A DNA stretch of 62,104 nucleotides, counting the filler, from Hausera hauseri (taxonomy: Eukaryota), in the NCBI GenBank assembly GCA_046269625.1. It is 11 parts of 11 records of this genome, joined end to end, with 100 filler letters (N's around TTAATTAATTAA, not from the genome) between each part and the next. Parts side by side here need not be neighbours in the genome. Positions count along the whole stretch, not along the records: positions 23,814 to 28,121 come from JBJURY010643996.1; positions 28,222 to 32,697 come from JBJURY010563005.1; positions 32,798 to 37,383 come from JBJURY010517126.1; positions 37,484 to 43,406 come from JBJURY010167641.1; 7 more parts are not named here. One strand, given 5' to 3'. This document shows positions 24,130-37,670 of the stretch, in pieces; positions within the stretch are counted from its first letter, which is position 1; each line of letters starts with the position of its first letter. Under the pieces are notes generated by a model. That model saw nothing but the letters and a program-made list of their open reading frames with translations. It did no database searches and had not been told where the DNA came from. The position numbers and the translations under genes were made by a program.

Positions 24130-26965
24130 ATGCCATTACTGCAATTCTTCAAAGTAAGGAAAATAACAACACCAACTATAACAATGCTATCAACCACTAA
24201 CAATAAACAAATCACTGTATCCAATCTAAATAAGATACCTGATGTCACCATTATTACAACAGATTCATATATCGAGTTCAAAACCCTACATTTAGTAAAC
24301 AATCCTATTTCCATAATCTGTGTAGGTAAATACCACATCACATATGCCATTATAAAATATTAAAGGATGATCAGATGCATTGATCTCCAACCTGACGAGG
24401 AATCCTTAATTGTTTTAACTCAAAATCATGCATTAACACGACACCAAACAGTTAAAACCCAGACAAAAACTAAAAGATACTTAATACCAGAAAAAATACC
24501 AGTTTACTCACAGACACGATTAGTACCTAACCCTAGTATTCAGACAAATATTTCTAAAATCATAATACCGTTCGTAGTAATAATAATACTGCTACTGTCC
24601 ATATATGCACCCTTTGTAATAATAGAAATAAAAAGATTTTCTAAAAAACAAACCACCATGAATAAGACTCTGTTACTATCAACCAATCTAATTTGTTTAG
24701 TGGATTATAATGTGGAGTGGACAGTCGATGTTGAGAAAGCTAGAAAAATTAAATATAAATATACATACACAAAAGTATACACACCAACATACCCAATAAG
24801 AGATAACAGCAAATCTGAACCAATAGATTTTCACCATAATATTAAACCAATAGAAAACCAGATTGCAACCTACATAATAAACGAGCCTTTAAATACGAAC
24901 CGCTACGTTATTATTTCCTTTTTTAGCAAAATTAACAATCTTCAAACTCCAGAGTACCAGCCAGAAGAAGCGGACGTTGATTTGGATAAACCTGGCAATG
25001 ACTGAGATGATTCAACTGCAACAGTAGTCCCTAACCTTAAAAGAAGGGTCATATTACCTCAAGATCAAGTAATGATCCCTTTCACTTTCCGAAATCCAAC
25101 TCAAACATTTGGATTGACTCGAGGAATTCTCAGTGCACAGGTAACAAAAAAGAAACCAGAAATTTCAGAGTCAATTAAATCATTAACAGAAATAGGAAAA
25201 AATCCATCGGACTTGAAGACATAAAAAGTTGAAACTCGAAAAGCAAATAACGAAAAATCTAAAAGAAACGGAAGAAGACATATTAAAAAATAGAACTTGG
25301 ACAGAAATGTATGATAAATATATCCTAATATATGATGCTAACAAGAATTTATATTCTTCCAAGTTTTACGGCAGATTAATCCAACTTACGGAAGATTCAT
25401 CCGACTTGTTGTTTCCTGAATGTAGATACCTGGATAATTCATTAAAAACTTCGACCATAAATGAGAGATTATTCAGAATCATCAAAATCGAAAAACCGTT
25501 ATATAATGTTGATTTTAATAGAATGTTTCAACCAGAGCAACCTTTTGAGAAAATTTTAATACATGTCGCCTGTGGAAAAACACAATGGCGTGCACAAAAT
25601 GAAAACTATGATGGAATCAATCCACGAATAAATATTTTAGGACCTAAGACGACAATGAGGATAAAATCCAATGTGTTCAGAACAAATATTCACTTTCGAG
25701 TGTTAACGACTCCACTCGTAATGGGTGTTGAAATCTGCCAGTACTTGCACAAAAATTTGGGATTAATGGAACCAATATTTTGCCAGAGACCATCAGAAGA
25801 AGTAAATAATTATCAGCTAACCAAAGCTGTTAATTATCGATACTTAGCAGTTTCTCTGGCATACGCCACAAACGGTGATCCTCTGCCAGTAGAAGTGATT
25901 ATCACAAACCATGACAGATTATTCATTTATCAGTCCTATATCAATCCCAGGCGCAAAATATCTAATACCAACGAGCACATACATGGGTTATCTCTACCCA
26001 TTATTCAGCAGGCAGAAGATGAAGATGTTAGATTCGAATTAATTAAATATCTAACAGGCTACACTGTCGTTAGTGCAAACACTAGAGTCATTCTTAAGGC
26101 TCTAAGAATACCAGAAACCTTTTTGTTTGGTATAATAGACCTCTTATCGATTTCCAATACCAAGGAAAGATTTAAAGAAGAAAATTTAAAGGTCAACTTG
26201 ACACAACTACCAAGAGTCTATGGTTTCACATATGAATTTCCAAAGGTTGCTGAAAACATAATCCAGACGATAATGGATATTTACGAAAAAATAACTAACA
26301 CTTGTTCGAATGAAAAAATGGAGTATGAATGGATGCCTCCACCAAACAATTTGATCGATTATGCTGACTTCAAAACAATAGAAGAGAAATATCATGAAGG
26401 ATATCAATACGAGATCCTACGAATGAATAAAGAAGATACAAAAATTCCAATTCAACAGCTCAAAGAACAAAATTTGTTGATAACAAACAAGAGTCATCCT
26501 ATAAAAGAAGTATCACCAATTAAGTTGTCTCTTTTGATTTATGGAAGAATAAATCATATAATTAATGTGTCATTCATCGTTGAGCCACAAACGACTCAGA
26601 ATTGAAACAACCAGATTATACCTAACGCAGATTTAGGAGTCCTAATAGGATTTATTTATAAACATTTGAAGTGCAATACACTGCACTTAGCTCTGTTTGG
26701 AAATTACACAGACAAACTCTTGGCGTTGAACCACCAACCCATACTGACTCAACAGCCAATTCCGATACAGCTTGACGAAGTTCCAATCCCAAAGCCGAGG
26801 CGAGAAATGACCGTAAAGTTAAAGGGAACGGCCAAACAAAAAATTAAAATGCTTTTATTCGCCAAAAATGACGAATTTATATTGGAAAATCTATTCCGAA
26901 TGGCCACGATGGATCAGACGACAGAAGATCCGAAGAGAAACGTGAACTTTTTAATCCAATTATGA
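24130..26965 (+). pseudogene. Degraded accessory (ORF3/env-position) polyprotein of a probable LTR retroelement: transmembrane segment plus DEDDh-like pseudo-exonuclease
   Basis: ORFs 24130, 24367 and the stretch after 25005 share one frame; 25229 and 26666 share another. TM helix IIIPFVVIIILLLSIYAPFVII followed by KRFSKK; REX4/ISG20-like fold at 25838-26295; located just upstream of a PPT. Confidence 0.6.
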
Positions 26966-27252
26966 ACATTGTGACTTCATCATGAACGACTTATTGTATT
27001 TTATCTTTCTTTTTATCGCTTTTTATTTGTATTTTCTTTCATTTTTTGTTGCTGACATTCTTTCAATCTGTACATTTATTCATTCATTAACAATGACTAT
27101 TCTCTTATGTGATAATTCTACAGTATCATACTTTGTTTTATACTTTTTATTGTATTATTTTGCTTTACAGTGACATTTTTATTAAAAGTTATTTTTATCA
27201 GAATTGTTACTTTGCAGATTCACAAACACAATTTTCTAACGAAAATTTTCTT

Positions 27253-28121
27253 AAAGGGAGGGGAGATGTTGCGGATTAGATAAATAAAAACGGTTTTGAT
27301 AAAGATGTGAGATATTTCACAATAAAGAAGTTTCGGTTTTAAAACGGTTCTAAAAAATGTTACGGTTTACATTTTAAAGTTTAGATTCTAAAAATATTAA
27401 AAATGCTGATAAAAATTCATTGAATTTAAAAAAGAAAAATGTTATTAAAACTTACTAATAATATTGATTTTTGGTACTAAGATCAGTACCACACGTTTTA
27501 GTGATAAATAGACTAACGAAAGTCTACTTATGAAACTTACGTTAAATTTATGCAAATTTATTAATAATTTAAATTTAAAAAGATTTTAAAAACAAAAACA
27601 CAAAATTTATAAGGTTAGTTAAAAAGTAATTAACTTGTCTAAAAGTACCAAAACAGGTACTCAAAAATTTAACTTATTTTGACTCATCTTTGAGTAATTT
27701 ACAATAAAGGTTAAAGCAGACCTCCAGAAAGTTACTATAAAGAGTAACAATCTGACAGGCAATCATAAAGGACCCTTTCAAAATTAAATTATTTAGCTAT
27801 ACAGCCCGGTAAGGTACAAAATCACCCTCATAAACTTATTAAAAAAAGTAAGTTGTAAAACTCCCCTGCAAATTAAAAATACTATTTAAGCAAATGTTAA
27901 AATCATTAAAGACACAGTTTTTGAGACACAAGATTTTAGACACAATATTGTATACTCAATATTGGACACAATTGTTGTGACAACTTTTTAGACAATTTGG
28001 AACAAGCTTTCCGACTTCAATTTTGAAGACCGCAAATTTGATAATCCGCTTCTTCCGGACAAATTTGATATTCCACTTCTTCTGGAATTGGCCCTCAAAA
28101 TTTATTTAGAATTGGGTATAA
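27253..28121 (+). mobile_element. Polypurine tract and start of a probable 3' LTR
   Basis: AAAGGGAGGGGAGA (27253-27266) is immediately followed by TGTTGCGG, the canonical PPT/TG junction. Confidence 0.7.
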
Positions 28122-28221
28122 NNNNNNNNNNNNNNNNNNNNNNNNNNNNNNNNNNNNNNNNNNNNTTAATTAATTAANNNNNNNNNNNNNNNNNNNNNNN
28201 NNNNNNNNNNNNNNNNNNNNN

Positions 28222-28318
28222 AGTGTCTCAACATCAGTAAAATGTCTCAACACATATGTTAATAAAGTGTCTCAAAGTAAAATGTCTCAACACATATGTT
28301 AATAAAGTGTCTCAACAA
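28222..28318. repeat. Short tandem duplication (TGTCTCAACACATATGTTAATAAAG)
   Basis: Direct repeats at the contig start. Confidence 0.8.
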
Positions 28319-28319
28319 C

Positions 28320-28645
28320 ACCAATGGTTCAGTGGAAAGGCTATTCGATACAATTAGAGAATATATAGGTGCGACTCTCCACGATCGACGACGAACCGAT
28401 TGGGAAGAGATGCTACCAGAGATAGAATTCACGTTGAATGCGAAAGTTCAGGCGTCAACAGGAAGAGTCGAGCAGAAATAAAATTAGGAAGAAAAATACA
28501 TAGAAATGGCATTGACAGAATAAAATAAAAGAATCGACAAGGAACATCGACCCAGAAAGGATAAGGGTAAAAAGGGTATTCCAGGTGGGAGAATGTGTAC
28601 TATTACAGAGGGAATCAGGAGCAAAGGCTAAAGATAAATATTTGC
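28320..28645 (+). pseudogene. Gypsy integrase C-terminal fragment
   Basis: TNGSVERLFDTIRE...DWEEMLPEIEFTLN...STG, then FQVGECVL. Confidence 0.75.
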
Positions 28646-31600
28646 ACTGCACTTTCAAATTAGTAGTTCGGTTTAGTATGACTAATGTATTCATGATCTA
28701 CTATTGTATGCGATTTTTCTTCTACGATTATCAACGAATGGAATTTTATTTGTTACTTTCAGATATTACCCTGCAATGCATGCTCAATTCGACTGATTAT
28801 GAAAAGTATTGAGCCTACTGTATATGTTAAGATTCTTATTAGACCACCGTCATAATCGATTTGCTCTAATATGCATGTAATCGTCTCTACTGAAATTTTG
28901 CGATGGTTATTATTTAGTCTATTACATTTCAAACAGAGCTCAGTTACATTCGAAATAAGCAATGTAAATCTGTCAGTATTATTAGAGATTCGCCTGATCG
29001 ATTCCTCATTTCTGTTTTATACTTTTATTGGAATTTGCTTTAACATGATATCTATCAAATAATTTTCTAGTCGAAATATATTATGGTCATGCTCGCTCGG
29101 GAATAGGCTTACATGCATGATCGTTTTACTATTCCAGAGTTGTACCTTTTTAGTATCACAAATAATTAAATTTGGTTCGGTTCTTCATATATTGATTATT
29201 ATTTATATTATATAAAACTTCATTTAACATTTTTATAAATTACGATCTTCATAGTTTGCTGAGATTCCCTAACTCGGGCACCAGAAATGTTGCCCTTGTG
29301 CAGCATTTTTCCGTGGGGATCAAAATTTCTTCTCGAATGTTGATCAAGAAGTTTCTCATATCATCGATCGTCATTATCTCTTGGGCATGTATCGAGATTC
29401 GCACTTATTGTTCAGTTCTCACCAATTAAATAACTTAGACAACGTTTAATCTCGTAACTTTACCAATTAATTAGAAGAACAATTTCACTTAATTCGATGG
29501 CAATAGAGTGTGGCTTGTCTTAACTTGGTATAAGTCGGTAATGTGTTTCAAGGGCTGTAATCAGATCAATTTTAATTACTCGCTTATTGGTTATTATTCT
29601 ATCGCTTATTTAAAATTTACTTGGGCCGTCGTCAGGTAGTTTTGACCTGGTCGACGAATTTATCCACGTTAATTAAGGATTTACTTAATTACTTTGATTA
29701 GTTACTATAACACAACGATGACTCTGATGAAAATGTATATTCAATGATAACTATACAATAAAGGCAAAAACCAATTTACAATCAAACGTACGTACTACAA
29801 ATATACTTACGTGATGTCATAATACAATATTCAGGAGTTGTATAACAATTGTCCAATTTGAAGAAAAATCACAGTTTATATAGTAACTTTTGAGGTAAGC
29901 GATATAAAAAAAATTCCATTGTATATACATAAAATGACAGTCCATGGAAAATTTAACATAAATAAGCACAAAATTGCACATGACATTAAAATCAGTATAA
30001 AATTATACCAATGTATTTACTTTGATCAACGACCTTGCGTGATCAATATAAAAATCGACAGCTACATTTATTTATTCATGACGATAAGAGGTTTAGTCAT
30101 ATTAATCATTAATGGTCTTTGATCTATCATTTATGTCATTTAGTTCGCACAATACGTCGCGATTGTAGATAAAACCACGTTGAAAATCAGACTAATGGTT
30201 AAGTGTTAATATTATTGGCCGAGCAAAATGTAAATATTGATATATTTTAATTAATTGAAAAATGTCATATGTAGACGCGATATTTTAAATTAATATTAAA
30301 ATGAATATTAAAACTGAAATATCTAAATAATCAGTACTCAGTGAAATAATTGTTTGGAAATAAAAATATGGTGAAAAATTGTCTACAACAAAATTGTGTA
30401 AATACCAAACACGAAAACAGACAGAATAACAGATGATAAGGATCAAGTTGTGAAAACAGTGGAAGCTCAGCAAACTGAAATTTCCGAAGTTGAAATTTGA
30501 GTCAAATCCGAGAAGCTTAAGACGAAACGTGTCATTAATCCGAAGAATTGTTATGTCGAAATTGGTCTAAAACCCAATAGATTGTGTTTATCATTCAGTG
30601 TAAATATATTTTGTTACTAGGTATAAGTGTCATTTCGTACTCACTTCACAAAAGTGCTCAGATCGACCTGGACCCAAGTTTCTGAGCATTTTATGTCTCG
30701 AGGTCGGATGGCCTCCCCTTCCCCCGGTTGGAAACGCATGTCATATGTCGCACATGTCACCGACTCAAAGCGATAGAGCTGGACTAGGCGAGAACAATTT
30801 TATAGCGCAGCAAGACTGGAAAATGTTACGGTACAGCGCTAGAAGCAGAAGAAGCAAAACAGGAAATGAGTTTCAAGAAGCAAGGCATGCGTTTGCAGTA
30901 AAACAGTGTTCGGTTACAAACGTCAAATCAATATTGTGGAATCGAATGCGCACAATTGAAGCTTTATCTGACCATGGGAACATGGGAAAAAATCAATGGG
31001 AAATTTTTAAACGGGTAAAAATCCCCCTTGGGCAAGTCAGCTGTATGTGGAAATTCTTTCAGAAGAAAGCCCAAAAGGAGTTGGGCATTTGTAAATTTAT
31101 GAAAAACGCGCTCGTTGGTAAAAACGAAAACGTCAAAATCGAAATCATCATTATCATCATTATCATCGTCACAAAAAATGCGAATCATCACAAAATTTCG
31201 AAAAGTCAAAAATTTGTCCTCACACACACACACACAAAAAATCTATACTTGTAGTTATGATGATAATGATGAAAATCGTCGTCGTCGTCGTCGTGGTCCT
31301 TGCGCACATGTACGGGAAAGGTAGTTGACACTTTCCCACAAGACATGAAATATGGGAATATGTTATGAAAATGTGAGCACGAGATGGGAAATGTGCCTGC
31401 CTGAATGCATGAATGTAACGTTAAATAGTGAGTTGTGACGTGAAATAATTGTTTGTGTTACGCGAAATATGAGCATGAGACCAAAAAGGTGCCGACATGA
31501 TGACAATATGAAATAGTGAGTTGTGATGTGAAACAATTGCGTGCGTGTGTGTGTAACAAAGGGGATGGCAAAGTGGTGAAGTAGTAACACACAAGCACAT

Positions 31601-31659
31601 GTGTAACAAAATACTGTATATTTCAAAATAAACACAAGGTAAATAGTAGTAATAGTATG

Positions 31660-31972
31660 ACCTTTGTTCATCCAAATGTCTGTAATGTTAGCCGCAATAA
31701 GCAATAATGTCCACACAATACTGTCAGTGGATGTTGATTATGAAGTCGATTGTATTCAACATGGTATGATTGTCGTTCAATTTGCGAAACTAATGATGAC
31801 GGATAGTAAAATCAGAGCAGATCGAATACTTTGACGACCGTAGGATCTACGTACACAGCAATCCAATGTTCGCCCGGTAGCGATGACGTGTGTGTATTGA
31901 CAGTGAAGCCGTCGCCTTGTCGAAAGTCATGCGGAACACTGTCCAGCGGAAACGCACCGCGGAATTTCACAC
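31660..31972 (-). pseudogene. Adenain-like cysteine protease of a Polinton/adintovirus
   Basis: Manual translation: FRGAFPLD...VNTHTSSLPGEHWIAVY...VFDLL*FY...NQHPLTVLCGHYCL, with His, Asp, Gln and Cys motifs and one internal stop. Not present in the ORF track. Confidence 0.85.
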
Positions 31973-32097
31973 AATGAGCAGTTTTCTGTAGCGACTGAGC
32001 TCGGTGGAGCTAAATATAAAATGCGGGATTAAAGCATAACAATATTATTAATCAATTACTTCATACTACTGAGTAGTAGTGACTCGTTAGATTTTAT

Positions 32098-32696
32098 TTA
32101 TACAATGACGGTTCCGTTTTTCGTTATTTCCTCCTCGGCATCAAATACACCGTAAATTTGCATCAGAGTCGACTGTTCCAACGCTTTGGCAAAATGAACC
32201 TCCAATCGCAGGTTGCCCTGTTGAGGTAGCTGGGCCTGCTCAACGTCATAGTCCGGAGCCAGGGCAAAGGTAAAGAATGGGTATGTAGACTTGAACAAAT
32301 CCATCAATATGCCATTGTTGATATTTTTGTTCAGCAAACCAATGTTGCGCACGATAGATTGCATGTATGTGCAAACATAATCATTAGACTCAAAGTCTTG
32401 TTTCTACGTCTCAACGAAATCCGCATTCCGATCCAAACTGATGTAATTCACATTGTTATGGGTAAACGTTTTCAAATCGGTCGTATAATTGCTCGTTTGT
32501 TGATCAGTCGTTTGCAATGTAACGAGCATAAATTTCGGCAATCGCATGTCGCCAAACAGTGCATCTTTGTAAAACGTAGTTGAATCTTTGCGTATGGTGT
32601 AAAAGATGATTTCTGTGCGTTGTACCGGATAATAGGCATTTTGTATTTCCAAGCCAAATCTATGTCAGTAGTAGAAAAATTCTGGTCCTGGCTCAC
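32098..32696 (-). pseudogene. Polinton/adintovirus major capsid protein (double jelly-roll), C-terminal part, frameshifted
   Basis: NAYYPVQRTE, ALFGDMRLPKFMLV, NNGI...FFTFALAPD...GNLRLEVHFAKAL...IYGVFD match the Polinton MCP C-terminus; adjacent to the protease gene. Confidence 0.85.
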
Positions 32697-32797
32697 CNNN
32701 NNNNNNNNNNNNNNNNNNNNNNNNNNNNNNNNNNNNNNNNNTTAATTAATTAANNNNNNNNNNNNNNNNNNNNNNNNNNNNNNNNNNNNNNNNNNNN

Positions 32798-35700
32798 TAT
32801 AATCTCTTGATTTTGGTCGATTGAACTTTTCTTCGGATCGTCGGAAACTGACCAGTGTCCATTCGACTATTTCTTGTTTATCCAAATCGGGTACTACAGT
32901 CTTTTTGTATTGTCTTTTGAGTTGAATTCTAACTTGGATATCCAAGGGAATTGTCAGCCTCTTAGTGCCATTCTTCGACTGAAATATTGGGGCTAGATAT
33001 CTGCAGATAGTGTGGTCTTCTCTGGTATATCCGTTTCCATTTACAATTCTTTTAGGAACGGTAGATACATAAAATATAGCTTCCTTGATTTTTCCTTTGC
33101 TATAGTACTTGCCATGACAAGGATTCTTTTATATTCTTTCACTTAACCGAATTCTGTAACGATAATTGGGGTATCTTCTTNNNNNNNNNNTTCCCAGTTT
33201 TTCCGAAGAACGTTGACTTCCGTCTTGAGGGATTTGGATTTAGTAATTTTCAACTGCTTGTCGCTGTTTTCTTTTTTCTTGGTTTGATATTTCTTTCTGA
33301 TCGTTCATGGTATTCATTCTTCATATAATTCCTTGGCTATTTCCCAACACTTGTGTAACCTCGTTTGCAATACTTCGACGAAATTTTGTTCTAAATCTTT
33401 CGTTTGTGTTGTGAATGGAATCAGTCCTAAATCTGTAGGGAGCACTACTTCTCTGCCGTACATCATGAAAAACGGAGTGAATCCTGTCGCGGGATGTGGA
33501 GTAGTATTAATGGCAAACTGTGTACCTTCTAAGAACTCATCTCAATCTTTCTGGTCCTTTGCAACCACTGTCGATAAGATCCGTATAACCGTCGCGTTCA
33601 TCCGCTCGACCATTCCATTACATTGGGAATGATAAGCTGTGGTAGTTAATCGTTCAATCTCAAAAATTTTGGTAACTTTGTCGAACAATTCGCTCGTGAA
33701 GTTTCTTCCTCGGTCTGTCAAAATTTGTTTGGGTGGCCCGTATCTACAAATAATCTTCCGAACTACTACTTTTGCCAGAGTCTCGGCCTTTTGGTCTATT
33801 AACGCTATAAGCTCTACGAAATGAGTTAATTGGTTTACACAAGTCAAAATATATTTGTTTTTATGGGTTGTAGGTATTGGTCCTACAATATCCATAGACA
33901 TTGCTTGCGTTGGTCTATCGGGGACGTCGATAGACTTAAGTTCGGCGACGTAGTTTTTCACTTTCCTCTGTTTGGTTGCGCATACTTCGCAAGCGTTCAC
34001 CCAATTTCTCACGTCGATGTAGATGCTTGGCCAATAATATTTATTTAATATTCTTTCCAATGTCTTTTTTCATGACATGTATCCGGCCAGATATGAATAG
34101 TGTTCGGCCATGAGTACTTCTGTACGCAATCCTTTTGGTATGATTACTAATTTTCGTCCCTTCCGTTTGTAGTATAACACGTTTTCATGGTTCAAATCTC
34201 CAACGACGCATTATTTTTGACTATATCGTCGTAGGTGTTTCCGTAACTGATTACCCTTGGGGGTTACGTTGGTGTCGACGAACTCGATAATTTGTTGTAT
34301 AACCTTATCTTTTCTCTGTTCGACAGAAATTCTCAATGCCTTATCTAGCGTCAGAGTCCGTTGTCTCTCCACTAAATCTTCAAGGTGGGCTTTCCTCATT
34401 ACTGTAACTGCGCTTGTTTTGATTTTAAGTCTCGACAATGCGTCGGCATCAACATGCCTGTTTCCAGGTTTATATTGGAATTCAATATTATAACGTGAGA
34501 TTTCCTCAATCCATCTGTTAAGTCTACACGTTGGATTATTTGCTCTACCCTTCAAAGTCGTAACTTCTTTATGATCAGTAACGATTACGATCTTCTGTCC
34601 GTATACATACACGTTAAAATGTCGCAAGGCTTCTTTCACCGCTAACGTTTCCAACTCCATTACTGAATAGTTCTTCTTAACTTTCTTTAGTGAAAGCCCT
34701 CCATATGCAATCGGGTGTTCTAGCTCTTCGTCTTCCCGTTTCTGAGCTAATTTATATCCGATACCTTCTTTACTGGCGTCTGTTTTGATTATGAACGGTA
34801 GGTTGAAGTCTGGATACCTTAAAACAGGTGCACTAGTTAGAATTTTTTTCATTTCGTCGAAAGCCTTTTGTTCGACGTCGGTCCATTTCCATTTGATTCC
34901 CTTCAATAAACGATACAAAGGTGCGTTTATCTTCGCATTGTCTGGTATGTAAGTAGCATAATACCCACATAATCCTAACCAGTGTCTTAATTCCTTCTGA
35001 TTCTGAGGTTCCATGCAGTCCGATATCTTACTCAATAATGATTTATCCGGTTTCGATCCTCCTTCTCCAACTATATGTCCAAGGTACGACACAGCATTCT
35101 GAGCTTATTTGTATTTCTTGGGATTCAGTTTTAGTCCAGCTTGTTCCAGCCTCATGAATGTACCTTCCATGTCCTTTAAGTGATCCTCTTCCATCTTCGA
35201 CGCAATCATGACGTCGTCCAAGTAAGCGAACGCGTGTTCCAGTCCCATCAGCATTTGGTTTATCATGCGGGTGAAGATGGATGATCCGGTGGTTATCCCG
35301 AATGGCATAACGTTGAATTCGTATATGCCGTCGTGTCTTAAATGCCGTCTTATATCGGTCTTCCTCCTCTATCTTTACTTGCCAATATCCGGATTGCAAG
35401 TCAAGAGTGGTAAACCATTTAGCTCCAGAGTCTGTCCAAAGCTTCCTTTACCAATGGTAACGGAAAAGCGTCTTTCATCATAAGTGTGTTTAGCGCTCGA
35501 TAGTCGATACAAAATCAGTGCTTAGTAGTACCTTTCTTCTTAACCATAAGTATAGGCGAGTACCAAGATCGGTAGCGTGGTCTAATTATGTCGGCCTTTA
35601 ACATTCGTTCAACTTCCTTGGTTATCTTTGGCCTTAGCGAGTGTGGAGGCGGGTACCATTTCGGCATCTTTTGATCCTCCAAATCTATTTCATCTTTCCA

Positions 35701-37383
35701 TCCAGGTTTTTTCTTAAGTGGAATCGTGAGTCTTAAAATCTTGGCTCGGCCAATATCTTCATCTTTCGCGATAATTGAGCTATAACGTCAAAATAAGTCG
35801 TAAAATTGGCAGTAAGATTCCGGCGAGAAATTAATCTCAACGTGAGGTGGGAATTCGGCACCCTTATACGGTTTCTCTTCTATAGTAATTGAGGATACTG
35901 TATACGTGTGTTTCAAAGTGGTATTGGCGTACAGTTTGGTCGGAGTGGGTGCATTATTCGCTATTCTGATTGTTAAGCGGCCTGTTGATACTCTTGTCAA
36001 AACATTGCTGAGTACAAGGTTTGGATTAAGCGATTCTTTCGGCTCGAAATATACTGGCTGATCGTCATCTTGACGTATTTGGGCATATATGAGTACTTCC
36101 GTTCTGGGCGGTATGTTTTCATCTACTGGGATCCACACTTCTCCGAACTTCCTTTCTTTAATGGTTTTAATACCTTTTATTGGGCCAAGTTCTATCAACT
36201 TGCCTGCATTGAAATCGATTGCTATATTGGGTATTTGTTTCAATAAGTCGCATCCTAATACCACATCATCCGTTAACTCTTCCATTGCTGAAAATTCATG
36301 GTGAGAAGATTGTCCCATTATGTGAATTTCTGGCTTCCATCGGAATTTACTTTTCGATGATTGTCCGAAAGCTCCGATACTTCCTGGATCCGTCGTACCA
36401 GGCGGATACAATTACTTCCGTATGAATGGCGGTATTGAATCATATTTTATTAGGGATATTTCGGATCCTGTGTCTATCAGCGCATATACTTCCCAATCTT
36501 CTAATTGAATTTTTCCAAAGGGCCGTCCTTCGATTATCGTACCGTAATAGTTTGCCACATGAGGGCGTCGGATCGTGGACACTTTGTAACCATTAATGGT
36601 GACTTCCGTGGTTCCGACTGGCTGGTCAATCAGCTGTCATAATTCTCCGATTGGGTATAGTTCATTAGTCGCGCCGTTCATGTTTTCTATTCCTTGATTT
36701 CTAGCTGGCGGCTGAACTTCTTGGCTTCTCAGATGGTGTGTTTCACGGCTTCCGGTAAATATTGACTGTCTTTTTTGGCTTAGGTACTCTAGGCGAGTAA
36801 AGTATTCTGTGGTCGTCGACTGCTGATCGATAGTGTGGAGCCGAGGTTCTCTCTGTTCCGTGGATCTTACGCAATATCCCATAGCGTTTTGTTTTTTCGT
36901 AAGGATCCTCTAAACTAAACGTCTTCCGGTAGGTGTCTGTCTGGCACGAGCTCGTAGATTGTTTCTCGCAATTTTCATATATAGGTGCTGTTGGCGGCAA
37001 TATTAGTAGTGGTAATTTCATAGCAGAGTCATTTTTGTGCCTACTCGGCCTGGAGATGACGTCTCCTCCCTTAGGCTCGTCTTCATCGGAATTATCTCTT
37101 CATGTTTTACTGACTGAATTTCTGTCTATAATCGAATAGGTGTCTTTTACGTTTTCGGTTATTGTAGCCAACATGTCGCTCCACATCTGTTTTTCATTTA
37201 CTCTCTTCGTAAGTCTTTAAGAATTTACCGAAAGGGGTAATAATAGCCGTTAAGATTTTGCACGAAAATCCTGTCAAAGTGAATATCTCATCCATTTATG
37301 ATCGCTTGAATTATAGCTTTTACCAGTTGAATTAAGAAGTATATCGCTAGAAATCCTGACGCGGCTTGTCCGAATATCAGGAA
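32798..37383 (-). mobile_element. Degenerate Ty3/Gypsy retrotransposon (PR-RT-RH-IN)
   Basis: Protease ALIDTGSEISL (~36450-36490); RT LDLQSGYWQ, MPFG, YLDD (35100-35410); RNase H TDASKEGIG, TDHK, DADALSR; integrase CEVC, MDIVG, LTDRG, NGMVER. Multiple frameshifts. Confidence 0.93.
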
Positions 37384-37483
37384 NNNNNNNNNNNNNNNNN
37401 NNNNNNNNNNNNNNNNNNNNNNNNNNNTTAATTAATTAANNNNNNNNNNNNNNNNNNNNNNNNNNNNNNNNNNNNNNNNNNNN

Positions 37484-37670
37484 CTTTTCTAAACTACTAC
37501 CTGACAAAGAAAAGAATATGCTGTGTCACTTGAACAGGTACATTTATAGACTGCCAGAATATATACCTGACTCTTTACATCAAGATTTTAAAGTTACCAA
37601 AGATCTTATTCATTGGTCTAAGGACACAGCTCAGGCCATGTTGGCCAACTTTGAAACTTGGTTAAACTGA
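37484..37670 (+). CDS. C-terminal end of ORF1 (continues from 43406 across the terminal overlap)
   Basis: Reads LPEYIPDSLHQDFKVTKDLIHWSKDTAQAMLANFETWLN*; DLIH (37602-37613) is SGNH block V. Confidence 0.88.
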
